Source: Lingula anatina (taxonomy: Eukaryota > Animalia > Brachiopoda). Taken from it: a DNA stretch of 64,000 bases. How positions within the stretch are numbered: position 1 is the first letter of the stretch; each line of letters opens with the position of its first letter. A model generated the notes under the pieces. That model was given only the letters and a program-made list of their open reading frames with translations. It was not told the DNA's origin and did not search any database. Where the stretch lies: the NCBI GenBank assembly GCA_051362555.1, contig CM120645.1:992001-1056000 (forward strand). The letters run 5' to 3'. Below, one piece after another: positions 1 to 13,357 of this stretch. Both the position numbers and the translations under genes were made by a program.

Positions 1-343
1 AATTTGATCAAAATAGACCTTAAATGGCAAAAACGCCAAGATGAAAAAAATTCGGCGCATTTGTTTTATCAATTTTTGAAAGTAGGGCGGTTTAAGCAAG
101 CAAAATAAAATATTTACACATAATACATACCATATTTATGCCATAGCGTCACGGAATGTTTAATACACATCTAGCTGATTTTACCATATTTTTATTGCTT
201 GGTTCAATGTACAAATACATAGTAGCCCGTTTTTAATTTTAAACTCTGATACCACCCGCATTTAATTTTTTTGCAATATTGTTGCCGTTCGATTATGATT
301 CTAATTGATATTTAGCATGCATGTGCCATATTATGTCATACAT

Positions 344-2183
344 TCAAAGATCTAATTTATATCCGAGGAAGTTTGCCTCTTCTTTGTAAATATCCCAGAC
401 CTTTTCCAGCAGTTCTCTATCTATCTCGCTATAATATTTTTGTATGAGAGTTTCGTTGCGGTAGGACTCGATCTTGCGGTGAGATAAAGGGAATTGTGCA
501 ATCAAGTATTCGGCACCAAGTAGACGCATGACATTAGGCGCGTCAGTGGTAAGATCTTCATGATGAACGATGACGTCATACTGAACGTCACAGGGTTTGC
601 AAAAATCCTCGACCAAAGCCCAGTGGATATTGTTTGGTCCATTGTCTGCTATATACTGCAGGAAATCCGAAAAGGAAATATGTTTTTGCAAAGTAATGTT
701 CCTCTTATATTGCTGGTTCATATAAGTTTTCACTCTGGGACCTATATGCCTAAACAAAACTTGCTCCTTTTACGCCGACATGAGTCTCTCTAGTGGGTGT
801 CGCACCACTAAGACCTTCAGATAACTTGCTAAGCGCATGCTGTCGTTCTTGTAGTCATTAGAATATAACTGTGTATAGTATTCTTTTCTGCCCTTGAAGA
901 CAACAGTGGCAGGATCCTGACGACCGGAAAGAATCTGATACACATTTCTCCAATTACGACTTGCCGCTTTCAACATAGTGCACAATATTAGTTTATATTT
1001 GTCTTCCACTATTATCCAGCTAGGTTTCTTCAAATAGTTGAACGGAGCAGTTTTGCGGGCGCTGCATCTGTCTTGTAACCTTTGTTTTCGCCTGATTACG
1101 GAAGATACCCAATTCTGAGGTACCTTGTCCCAACCGAAGGACTGAAAGATGTTTCAAAAAGGTTCTCTTAACGTTTTTAAACGTTTAGTAAAATTGGTCA
1201 ACAAAAATATAACGCAGATAAAAAGATGAGATAACTTAAGTAACGTCAGCAAAAAAGCTGCGAATATTGAACAAGTCAAAATTGTAATGTGCCTGGCAAT
1301 TTCAACCCTGAGAACACCGCGGGAGATTGAATGGAGTAGACAGAGAGAAAAAGAGAGAAGGCAATTGGAAATCAGTAAATAAACAGTATGAATGAACATA
1401 AATGCCTTGTGGTTTGTATCTCGTGTAAGAACTACAGTAGTTGTAAATCAGTACCATGGTAAAGTAAACAATGACTGCACAATAAACGTTAAACTAATTA
1501 CCTCCCAGATTCCTTTATCTATGGCGTGGTGTTTTTGATTGCGTTTGGGCAAGTTGTTAGTGGTTCGCAGAGAAGTTCCACTACCATTTATTACTCCCTT
1601 TTCTCGATCAATTGACATGGGTTTGTAAATTCCTGCAAGATTCGTACCCATTAAATCTTTGTCGTCTTGGTGTCTTCATAAATGCCAGAATAAACTGATT
1701 TTTCGTCAAACATTTTCCGTCAATATCTTAAAATGCTGATAAAAAGTATAAGGGAATAAGGACTTTGCTGCATGCTTTAAAAGTTACGAATCACACTAAA
1801 GCTCAAAAGAAAACATTTCTGGTTAAATTTACCAGGAATACAATCGTCCATTGCCTGATAAGATGTCCTTGTTTATGGTGAAAAGTTATGTCAAAACATT
1901 TGCGTTTAACTTTGTGAAATTGATGCTTAATAACTTGATTATTGCTAAATTTTACGCTTTTCAAACACGTTTCTTTAATATTTGTGAATTCTAGAATTTT
2001 TAAAATTGCATGAATCAGACCTATTTATGTCGCAAGGATGAATGTTTTTATGAATTTAAATTTTCTAATTTTTTTTACAAAAAATAAGAGTTGAATATAA
2101 TAGTTACCTGTAAAATAGGCCAGCGCAATCAGCGTTACTACGCAGGCTGTCGTGATGGTGAGGAAGATCGCTTGCTTTTTCAT
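344..2183 (-). pseudogene. Carbohydrate sulfotransferase copy 1 (exons 2183-2108, 1632-1502, 1141-344) with premature stop
   Basis: Exon 1 is MKKQAIFLTITTACVVTLIALAYFT (signal anchor); GT-AG introns are phase 1 and 0. TAC>TAA at 772-770 falls in the 3'-PB motif (RHPLERLMSA*KEQ vs RHPLERLVSAYKEQ). Confidence 0.88.
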
Positions 2184-2620
2184 CACTAGTGCACTTTTAA
2201 CCCTATTCTCGCTCAGGAGATCTTCGAGGTAATATATGTCGATGTGTTTGCGTTTTGTAAAATCTCTTTAGTCGCTATTTTCATGGTAAATAAAGAATGA
2301 GAATGGTACCTGAATTAAAAAAGGTGCTGGCTGATCATCAAGTCAATTTATCGCATCTGTCATGTGTTAACGCCTCAATGTTTTCAATCCAGAAAATTGC
2401 ATGTATTTTTAAAAGCCATTGATTATTAAAATTAGGCCATTCCTATTGTGTGGTTGTTACAAAATCGAAAAGCAAAGCGCCTAATAGTTGTCCCATTTAG
2501 TAAAAGCACCATAAATGGTGTAAAAAATATAATTTACAATGATTCCATATTTACAGTACGTACCTGAAAGATTGATTGATTGTCAATCAAGTCATGGAGT
2601 CATAAGCGAGATAAGAACAC

Positions 2621-2862
2621 CAGAGGCCAATCCAGAATCATTTAAAGGAGGGGGGGGGGGGGTCTGGTACAACAGGCCTAGCTTGGACGCGAGGCCGACC
2701 ATCGGCAGCTTGGCGTGGGGTTTGGGCCTGCTCAAGGGCCCGGAAAATATTTGCTGTTATAGAGGGCAAACGGTGCCCTTTGGTACGGTTTAGAACTTTG
2801 TAGTCGACATTTCAATTTCAAGAGCAAAATATATTTTTCAGTTACATCTAAATTGGCCACTG
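2621..2862. mobile_element. MITE-like element in the sulfotransferase spacer; copies at 10024-10262, 13795-14044, 21025-21223, 22035-22283
   Basis: Imperfect terminal inverted repeats CAGAGGCCAATCCAG / CTAAATTGGCCACTG (CAGAGGCGGATCCAG in the 22 kb copy), internal poly-G, GC-richer than the flanks. No clean TSD. The superfamily (hAT-like) is an inference. Confidence 0.55.
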
Positions 2863-4146
2863 AACGGATCAAACTGGTACAGGCTGAAATGAAAGTTACC
2901 AATTTACACGGCATACAAAAATGGTTTGCAGTTTTCATACTTTTGTCTCTCTTTTCTGGTTTTGTGTCTCATTTATCGGGTTAAGTGTCTCTATTTTTGG
3001 TGTGTGTGTGTTTCGGTTTTGCCAGTTTTGCTTCGGTTCCATGGAGACGTGGTAACTAAAACTGTAAAGCCAGAGCTGTAAAGCGGAAGTTGAATATGGA
3101 TAAAACTCAACCCTGACCTAGACCTTAAAGATGAGGGTGTAATGACTAGCTAAGAATGGGAACATTTCAATAAATATCGTTATGTTTTCCGACTCCAACT
3201 GCTTACGCTGCTCCTGATTGATAAAAACTAACCAAAGTTAACAAGAAATGTTGGCATTCAAGTACCAATAGAATGCAAAACCAAACGCTGTCAAAATGCT
3301 AAAGATTTTTTTTTTACGATTTCATCATGATAAGTGTGTTTTTGAAATTTAAAGGTATAAATATCTCAACATCGGGGATCGCTAACTCCCATATCGGCGG
3401 TTTTTTTTAGAAATTGTGAGGCGGGGGTAACGGCAGTAAATGTGTGATTATTTTTTAACAGCAGTAATGCTTACAATCACATTAGTATTTTATTTTTATA
3501 TATATGTCATAGATGATGAACTTAAATCTTGCATGCTGCCAGGTTAGGATTTTATACTAACTGCAATGAATTAGACATTAAGGTAGATGTTTATGTTTGG
3601 AATAATGCTGTCGATAATTAAGGAGGATCTCTCATATTTCAGAATCACTATTCCCGCCGTAGCGTTTTGGATAAAAATTGTAAAACAAAATCTATAGAAT
3701 ATAAGAGTAAAAAAAAAAAACATGAAAAGAAATTGAGCTTGTTTTCGAGAGGCAGCGTCCCCAAAAAAGTCACTTTTATTTTATTGTGCCATATGGAATT
3801 TGATCAAAATAGACCTTTAATGGCAAAAACGCCAAGATGAAAAAAATTCGGCGCATTTGTTTTATCAATTTTTGAAAGTAGGGCGGTTTAAGCAAGCAAA
3901 ATAAAATATTTACACATAATACATACCATATTTATGTCATAGCGTCACGGAATGTTTAATACACACCTAGCTGATTTTACCATATTTTTATTGCTTGGTT
4001 CAATGTACAAATACATAGTAGTCCGTTTTTAATTTTAAACTCTGATACCATCCGCATTTACTTTTTTTTTTTTTTGCAATATTGTTGCCGTTCGATTATG
4101 ATTCTAATAGAAATTAAGCATGTATGTGCCGTATTACGACATACAT

Positions 4147-6025
4147 TCAAAGATCTAATTTATATCCGAGGAAGCTTGCCTCTTCTTTGTAAATATCCCA
4201 GACCTTTTTCAGCAGTTCTCTATCTATCCCGCTATAATATTTTTGTATGAGAGTCTCGTTGCGGTAGGACTCGATCTTGAGGTGAGATAAAGGGAATTGT
4301 GCTATCAAGTATTCGGCACCAAGTAGACGCATGACATTAGGCGCGTCAGTGGTAAGATCTTCATGATGAACGATGACGTCATACTGAACGTCACAGGGTT
4401 TGCAAAAATCCTCGACCAAAGCCCAGTGGATATTGTTTGGTCCATTGTCTGCTATATACTGCAGGAAATCCGAAAAGGATATATGTTTTTGCAAAATAAT
4501 GTTCCTCTTATATTGCTGGTTTATATAAGTTTTCACTCTGGGACCTAAAAACCGAAACAAAACTTGTTCCTTGTACACCGACACGAGTCTCTCTAGTGGG
4601 TGTCGCACCACTAAGACCTTCAGATAACTTGCTAAGCGCATGCTGTTGTTCTTGTTGTCATTAGAATATAACTGTGTATAGTATTCTTTTCTGCCCTTGA
4701 AGACAACAGTGGCAGGATCCTGACGACCGGAAAGAATCTGATACACATTTCTCCAGTTACGACTTGCCGCTTTCAACATAGTGCACAATATTAGTTTATA
4801 TTTGTCATCCACTATAATCCATCTTGGTTTCTTCAAATAGTTGAACGGAGCAGTTTTGCGGGCGCTGCATCTTTCTTGTAACATTTGTTTTCGCCTGATT
4901 ACGGAAGATACCCAATTCTGAGGTACCTTGTCCCAACCGAATGACTGAAAGATGTGTTTCAAAAAGTTCTCTAAACGTTTTTAAAACGTTTTATGCAAAA
5001 TGGGGCAACAAAAATATAACACCAGTAAAAAATAGGGACAAAAAAGGTCAATAAAAAGATAAGGTCAACATGAGTAACGTCAGCAAAAAAAGCTGTGAAT
5101 ATTGAACAAGACAAAATTGTAATTTGCCTGGCAATTTCAACCCTGAGAACGCCGCGGGAGATTGAATGGAGTAGACAGCGAGAAAAAGAGAGAAGGCAAT
5201 TGGAAATCAGTAAATAAATGATATGAAAGAACAGAAAGGTCTTGTGATTTCTACCTCACTTAAGAACTATAGTACTTGTAAGTCAGTATATTGGTAAGGT
5301 AAACAATGACTGCACAAAAAACGTTAAACTAAATACCTCCCAGATCCCTTTATCTATGGCGTCGTGTTCCTTACTGAGTTTGGGCAAGTTGTAAGTGGTT
5401 CGAAGAGAAGCGCCTCTGCCATTTATTGCTCCCTTTTCTCGATCAATTGGCATGGGTTTGTAAATTCCTGCAAGATTCGTACCCATTAAATCTTTGTCAT
5501 CTTGGTGTCTTCATAAATGCCACTGTAAACTTAATTTTCGTCAAAAATTTTCCGTCAATATCTTAAAATGCCGATAAAAAGTATAAGGGAATAAGGTCTT
5601 TGCTACATGCTTTGAAAGCTGCGAATCACACCAATGCCGAAAAGAAAAAAATCTAGCTAAAATTACTAGGAATACAATCGTCCTTTGCCTGATAAGATGT
5701 CCTTGTTTATGGTGAAAAGTTATGTCAAAACATTTGCGTTTAACTTCGTGAAATTAGATTTTTAATAATTTGATTATTGCTAAAAACCAACACTTTTCAA
5801 ACACATGCATTTCTAATATATCTGATATTTATTTCTAGAACTTTTATAATTGCACAAACCAGTCCTGTATATGTTGCAAGGTTGGTTGTTTTTATAGATT
5901 TTAATTTTAATTTTTTTTACCAAAAATATGATTTAAAGATAATAGTTACCTGTAAAATAGCCCAGCGACCACAGCGTTAATATGCAGGCTGTCGTGGTGG
6001 TGAGGAAGATCGTTTTCTTTTTCAT
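4147..6025 (-). CDS. Carbohydrate sulfotransferase (Sulfotransfer_2, CHST11-like) copy 2; exons 6025-5950, 5467-5337, 4944-4147; 334 aa
   Basis: Exons of 76+131+798 nt splice in frame via GT-AG. N-terminal anchor MKKKTIFLTTTTACILTLWSLGYFT; 5'-PSB-like CTMLKAASRNW; 3'-PB VRHPLERLVSVY; also HW, CKPCDVQYD and C-terminal FLGY. Confidence 0.9.
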
Positions 6026-6218
6026 TACTAGTACACTTCTAACGCTATTCTCGCTCAGGAGATATTCGAGGTAGTGTATGTTGATGTGTTTCACATATGG
6101 AATGACAGCCCATGCAGTTGCTAATTCTCTTTAGTTGATATTTCATGGTAAATAAAAGATGAGAATGGTACCTTAACTAGAAAAGGTGCGAGCTTATTTC
6201 CATGTCAATTTATCGCAT

Positions 6219-6793
6219 CTTTTCTCGATCAATTGACATGGGTTTGTAAATTCCTGCAAGATTCGTACCCATAAAATCTTTGTCTTCTTGGTGTCTTTAT
6301 AAATACCACTATAAACCCAATTTTCGTCAAAAATCTCCCATCAATATCTTATAATGCTGATGAAAAGTATAAGGGAACATAATCGTTGCTACATGCTTCG
6401 ACGGTTACGAATCATACCTAAAGCCCAAAAGAAAAAAAAAAACTATATCTAAATCTACTAGGAATACAGTCGTTGTCTAATAAGTTGGCCTAGCTTATGG
6501 TGAATATTTACGTTTATTTTTGTGAAATTTGATGTTTTATTACCTGATTATTGCTAAAAACCAACACTTTTCAAATACATGTATTTCTAATTTTTCTGTA
6601 TTCTAGAATTTTTATAACTGCATGAACCAGCCCTATTTGTGTCGCAAGGATGAATATTTTTATAGATTTAAATTTTGTAATATTTTACAAAAGATAAGAG
6701 TTAAATATAATAGTTACTCGTAAAATAGGGCAGCGCCAACAGCGTTAATATGCAGGCGGTGGTGGTGGTGAGGAAGATCGCTTTCTTTTTTAT
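6219..6793 (-). pseudogene. Truncated sulfotransferase relic: exon 1 (6793-6718, ATG>ATA) plus 5' part of exon 2; catalytic exon deleted
   Basis: Second exon-1 copy with ATA in place of ATG. The exon-2 fragment 6253-6219 is joined directly to the upstream flank of copy 2. Confidence 0.8.
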
Positions 6794-7758
6794 TACTAGT
6801 ACCATTTTAACCCTATTCTCGCTCAGGAGACCTTCTAGGTTATATATTTCGATGTGTTTAGATATTGTAAAATCTCTTTAGTTGCTATTTTGATGGTAAA
6901 TATAGGATGAGAATGGTTCTTAAAGTAATAAAAGTGCTGGATAATTATCATGTCAATTTATCGCATCTGTCATGTGGTAACGCCTCAATATTTTCAATCG
7001 AGAAAATTGCATGTATTTTTAAATGCCATTGATTATTAAAATTAGGCCATTCCTATTGTGTGGTTGTTACAAAATCGAAAAGCAACGCGCCTAATAGTTG
7101 TCCCATTTAGTGAAAGCATATTTATATTTATCATAGATGTTGAACTTAAATCTTGCATGCTGCCAAGTTAGGATTTTATGTTTACTGCAATTAATTAGAC
7201 ATCAAGATAGTTTTTTATGTTGGGAATTATGCTGTCGATAATTAAGGAGGATCTCTCATATTTGGGAATAACTATTTTCGCCGTAGCAATTTGGATAAAA
7301 ATTGTAAAACAAAATCTAGAGAATATAAGAGTAAAAAACATGAAAAGAAATTGGGCTTGATTTCGAGAGGCAGCGTCCCCCAAAAATCACTTTTATTTCA
7401 TTGTACCATATGGGATCCTATCAAAATAGCCCTAAAATGGCAAAAAAATGCCAAAATGACAAAAATTCGGCGCATTTTTTAAATCAATTTTTGAAATTAG
7501 GGAAGTTTAAGCAAGCAAAATAAAATATTTACACATACTACATACTATATTTACGTTTTAGCGTCACGGGATGTTTAATATACACTTAGCTGATTTTACC
7601 ATATTTTTATTGCTTGGTTCAATGTACAAATACATAGTAGCCCATTTTTAATTTTATATTCTGATACCACCCGCATTTAATTTTTTTGCAATATTGTTGC
7701 CGTTCGATTATGATTCTAATGGAAATTCAGCATGCATGTGCCGTATTATGACATACAT

Positions 7759-9591
7759 TCAAAGATCTAATTTATATCCGAGGAAGCTTGCCTCTTCTTT
7801 GTAAATATCCCAGACCTTTTTCAGCAGTTCTCTATCTATCTCACTATAATATTTTTGTATGAGAGTCTCGTTGTGGTAGACCTCAATCTCGCGATGAGAT
7901 GACGGGAATTGTGCTATCAAGTGTTCGGCGCCAAGTAGACGCATGACATTAGGCGCGTCAGTGGTAAGATCTTCATGATGAACGATGACGTCATACTGAA
8001 CGTCACAGGGTTTGCAAAAATCCTCGACCAAAGCCCAGTGGATATTCTTTGGTCCATTGTCTGCTATATACTGCAGGAAATCCGAAAAGGAAATATGTTT
8101 TTGCAAAGTAATGTTCGTCTCATATTGCTGGTTTATATAAGTTTTCACTCTGGGACCTAAACGCTTGAACAAAACTTGTTCCTTGTACGCCGACACGAGT
8201 CTCTCTAGTGGGTGTCGCACCACTAAGACCTTCAGATAACTTGCTAAGCGCATGCTGTCGTTCTTGCTGACATCGGAATAAAAATGGGTATAGTATTTTT
8301 TTCAGGCCTTGAAGACAACAGTGGCAGGATCCTGACGGCCGGAAAGAATCTGATACACATTTCTCCAATTACGACTTGCTGCTTTGAACATAGTGCACAA
8401 TATTAGTTTATATTTGTCCTTCACTATTATCCAGTCTAATTTCTTCAAATAGTTGAACGGAGCAGTTTTGCGGGCGCTGCATCTGTCTTGTAACCTTTGT
8501 TTTCGCCTGATTACGGAAGATACCCAATTCTGAGGTACCTTGTCCCAACCGAAGGACTGAAAGATGTTTCAAAAAAGTTATCTTAACGTTTTTAAACGTT
8601 TAGTAAAATTGGTCAACAAAAATATAACGCAGATAAAAAGATGAGATAACTTACGTAACGTCAGCAAAAAAGCTGCGAATATTGAACAAGTCAAAATTGT
8701 AATTTGCCTGGCAATTTCAACCTTGAGAACACCGCGGGAGATTGAATGGAGTAGACAGAGAGAAAAAGAGAGAAGGCAATTGGAAATCAGTAAATAAATA
8801 ATATGAATGAACATAAATGCCTTGTGGTTTGTACCTCGTGTAAGAACTACAGTAGTTGTAAGTCAGTACCATGGTAAAGTAAACAATGACTGCACAATAA
8901 ACGTTGAACTAATTACCTCCCAGATTCCTTTATCTATGGCGTGGTGTTTTTGATTGCGTTTGGGCAAGTTGTTAGTGGTTCGCAGAGAAGTTCCACTACC
9001 ATTTATTACTCCCTTTTCTCGATCAATTGACATGGGTTTGTAAATTCCTGCAAGATTCGTACCCATTAAATCTTTGTCGTCTTGGTGTCTTCATAAATGC
9101 CACAATAAACTGATTTTTCGTCAAAAATTTTCCGTCAATATCTTAAAATGCTGATAAAAAGTATAAGGGAATAAGGACTTTGCTGCATGCTTTGGAAGTT
9201 ACGAATCACACTAAAGCTCAAAAGAAAACATTTCAGGTTAAATTTACCAGGAATACAATCGTCCATTGCCTGATAAGATGTCCTTGTTTATGTTGAAAAG
9301 TTATGTCAAAACATTTGCGTTTAACTTTGTGAAGTTTGATGCTTAATAACTTGATTATTGCTAAAACTAACGCTTTTCAAACACGTTTTTCTAATATTTG
9401 TGAATTCTAGAATTTTTAAAATTGCATGAATCAGACCTATTTATGTCGCAAGGATGAATGTTTTTATGAATTGTAAATTTTTTTACAAAAAATAAGAGTT
9501 AAATATAATAGTTACCTGTAAAATAGGCCAGCGCAATCAGCGTTACTACGCAGGCTGTCGTGATGGTTAGGAAGATCGCTTTCTTTTTCAT
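7759..9591 (-). pseudogene. Carbohydrate sulfotransferase copy 3 (exons 9591-9516, 9047-8917, 8556-7759) with premature stop
   Basis: In-frame TGA at 8304-8302 (VFKA*KKYY; copy 4 has GGA, VFKAGKKYY). Splice sites are intact. Confidence 0.88.
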
Positions 9592-11517
9592 CACTAGTGC
9601 ACTTTTAACCCTATTCTCGCTCAGGATATCTTCGAGGTAATATATGTCGATGTGTTTGCGTATTGTAAAATCTCTTTAGTCGCTATTTTCATGGTAAATA
9701 AAGGATGAGAATGGTACCTGAATTAAACAAGGTGCTGGCTGATTATTAAGTCAATTTATCGCATCTGTCATGTGGTAACGCCTTAATGTTTTCAATCGAG
9801 AAAATTGCATGTATTTTTAAAAGCCATTGATTATTAAAATTAGGCCATTCCTATTGTGTGGTTGTTACAAAATCGAAAACCAAAGCGCCTAATAGTTGTC
9901 CCATTTAGTAAAAGCACCATAAATGGTGTATAAAATATAATTTACAATGATTCCATATTTACGTACCTGAAAGATTGATTGATTGTCAATCAAGTCATGG
10001 AGTCATAAGCGAGATAAGAACACCAGAGGCCAATCCAGAATCATTTAAAGGAGGGGGGGGGGTCTGGTACGACAGGCCTAGCTTGGACGCGAGGCCGACC
10101 ATCGGCAGCTTGGCGTGGGGTTCGGGCCTGCTCAAGGGCCCGGAAAATATTTGCTGTTATGGAAGGCAAACGGTGCCCTTTGGTACGGTTTAGAACTATA
10201 TAGTCGACATTTTAATTTCAAGAGCAAAATATATTTTTCAGAAACATCTAAATTGGCCACTGATCGGATCAAACTGGTACAGGCTGAAATTAAAGTAACC
10301 AATGTACACGGCATACAAAAATGGTTTGCAGTTTTCATACTTTTGTCTCTCTTTTCTGGTTTTGTGTCTCATTTATCGGGTTCAGTGTCTCTATTTTTGG
10401 TGTGTGTGTGTTTCGGTTTTGCCGGTTTTGCTTCGGTTCCATGGAGACGTGGTAACTAAAACTGTAAATCCAGAGCTGTAAAGCGGAAGTTGAATATGGA
10501 TAAAACTCAACCCTGACCTCGACCTTAAAGATGAGTGTGTAATGACTAGCTAAGAATGGGAACATTTCAATAAATATCGTTATGTTTTCCGACTCCAACT
10601 GCTTACGCTGCTCCTGATTGATAAAAACTAACCAAAGTTAACAAGAAATGTTGGCATTCAAGTACCAATAGAATGCAAAACCAAACGCTGTCAAAATGCT
10701 AAAGATTTTTTTTACAATTTCATCATGATAAGTGTGTTTTTGAAACTTAAAGGGTATAAATATCTCAACATCGGGGCTCGCTAAGTCCCATATCGGCGGG
10801 TTTTTCAGAAATTGTGTGACGGGGGAAGGAGTAAATGTGATTTTTTAACAGCAGTAATGCTTACAGTCACATAGTATTTTATTTTTTATATTTAAAATAG
10901 ATGTTGAACTTAAATCTTGCATGCTGCCAAGGATTTTATGTTTACTGCAATTAATTAAAGATCAAGCTAGTTTTTTGTGTTGGGAATAATGCTGTCAATA
11001 ATTAAGGAGGATCTCTCATATTTGAGAATCACTATTTTCGACGTAGCAATTTGGATAAAAATTGTAAAACAAAATCTAGAGAATATAAGGGTAAAAACAT
11101 GAAAAGAAATTGAGCTTGTTTTCGAGAGGCAGCGTCCCCGAAAAATCACTTTTATTTCATTGTACCATATGGGATTTTATCAAAATAGCCCTAAAGTGGC
11201 AGAAAAATGCCAAAATGACAAAAAATTTTTCGCATTTGTAATATAAGATTTTGAAATTAGGGTAGTTTAAACAAGCAAAATAAAATATTTACACATAATA
11301 CATACTTTATTTACGTTATAGCGTCACGGAATGTTTAATATACACCTAGCTGAGTTCACTATATTTTTATTGCTTGGTTCAATGTACAAATACATAGTAG
11401 CCCGTTTTTAATTTAAATTCTGATACCACCCGCATTTAATTTTTTTGCAATATTGTTGCCGTTCGATTATGATTCTAATGGAAATTCAGCATGCATGTGC
11501 CGTATTATGACATGCAT

Positions 11518-13357
11518 TCAAAGATCTAATTTATATCCGAGGAAGCTTGCCTCTTCTTTGTAAATATCCCAGACCTTTTGAAACAGTTTTTTACCTATCC
11601 CGCTATAATATTTTTGTATGAGAGTCTCGTTGCGGTAGACCTCAATCTCGCGATGAGATGACGGGAATTGTGCTATCAAGTGTTCGGCGCCAAGTAGACG
11701 CATGACATAAAGCGCGTCGGTGGTAAGATCTTCATGATGAACGATGACGTCATAATGAACGTCACAGGGTTTGCAAAAATCTTCGACCAAAGCCCAGTGG
11801 GCATTCTTTGGTCCATTGTCTGCTATATACTGCAGGAAATCCGAAAAGGAAATATGTTTTTGCAAAGTAATGTTCCTCTTATATTGCTGGTTTATATAAG
11901 ATTTCACTCTGGGACCTAAACGCTTGAACAAAACCTGTTCCTTGTACGCCGACACGAGTCTCTCTAGTGGGTGTCGCACCACTAAGACCTTCAGATAACT
12001 TGCTAAGCGCATGCTGTCGTTCTTGCTGACATTGGAATATAAATGGGTATAGTATTTTTTTCCGGCCTTGAAAACAACAGTGGCAGGATCCTGACGGCCG
12101 GAAAGAATCTGATACACATTTCTCCAATTACGACTTGCTGCTTTGAACATAGTGCACAATATTAGTTTATATTTGTCCTCCACTATAATCCATCTTGGTC
12201 TCTTTAAATAGTTGAACGGAGCAGTTTTGCGGGCGCTGCATCTGTCTTGTAACCTTTGTTTTCGCCTGATTACGGAAGATACCCAATTCTGAGGTACCTT
12301 GTGCCAACCGAACGACTGAAAGATGTTTCAAAAAAGTTCTCTTAACCTTTTTAAACGTTTAGTAAAATTGGTCAACAAAAATATAACGCAGATAAAAAGA
12401 TGAGATAACATAAGTAACGTCAGCAAAAAAGCTGCGAATATAGAGTAAGTTAAAATTGAAATTTGCCTAGTAATTTCAACCCTGAGAACACCGCGGGAGA
12501 TGGAATGGAGTAGACAGAGAGAAAAAGAGAGAAGGCAATTGGAAATCAGTAAATAAATAGTATGAATGAACTTAAATGCCTTGTGGTTTTTACCTCGTGT
12601 AAGAACTACAGTAGTTGTAAGTCAGTACCATGGTTAAGTTAACAATGACTGCATAATAAACGTTAAACTGATTACCTCCCAGATTCCTTTATCTATGGCG
12701 TCGTGTTTTTGATTGCGTTTGGGCAAGTTGTTAGGGGTTCGCAGAGAAGTTCCAGTACCATTTATTACTCCCTTTTCTCCATCAATTGACATGGCTTTGT
12801 AAATTCCTGCAAGATTCGTACCCATTAAATCTTTGTCGTCTTGGTGTCTTCATAAATGCCACAATAAACTGATTTTTCGTCAAAAATTTTCCGTCAATAT
12901 CTTAAAATGCTAATAAAAAGTATAAGGGAATAAGGACTTTGCTTCATGCTTTGAAAGTTACGATTCACACTAAAGCTCAAAAGAAAACATTTCTGGTTAA
13001 ATTTGCCAGGAATACAATAGTCCATTGCCTGATAAGATGTCCTTGTTTATGGTGAAAAGTTATGTCAAAACATTTGCGTTTAACTTTGTGAAGTTTGATG
13101 CTTAATAACTTGATTATTGCTAAAACCAACGCTTTTGAAACACTTTTTTCTAATATTTGTGAATTCTAGAATTTTTAAAATTGCATGAATCAGACCTATT
13201 TATGTCGCAAGGATGAATGTTTTTATGAATTTAAATTTTGTTATTTTTTTACAAAAAATAAGAGTTAAATATAATAATTACCTGTAAAATAGGCCAGCGC
13301 AATCAGCGTTACTACGCAGGCTGTCGTGATGGTGAGGAAGATCGTTTTCTTTTTCAT
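11518..13357 (-). CDS. Carbohydrate sulfotransferase copy 4; exons 13357-13282, 12806-12676, 12315-11518; 334 aa
   Basis: Open frame across all three exons, GT-AG sites, anchor MKKKTIFLTITTACVVTLIALAYFT, motifs CTMFKAASRNW and VRHPLERLVSAY. Confidence 0.9.

Noticed and set aside
560-793. Recurrent + strand ORF MMNDDVILNVTGF... in every unit
   Set aside because: Antisense shadow of the sulfotransferase exon; it recurs only because the DNA is duplicated.
1142-1399. Hydrophobic ORF in frame with the sulfotransferase domain across a TGA (apparent read-through or selenocysteine, or a transmembrane anchor)
   Set aside because: It lies in intron 2 (GAG|GTAATT ... TTTCAG|TCC). The frame is not kept in copies 2, 3 and 5, and the real anchor is exon 1 at 2183-2108.
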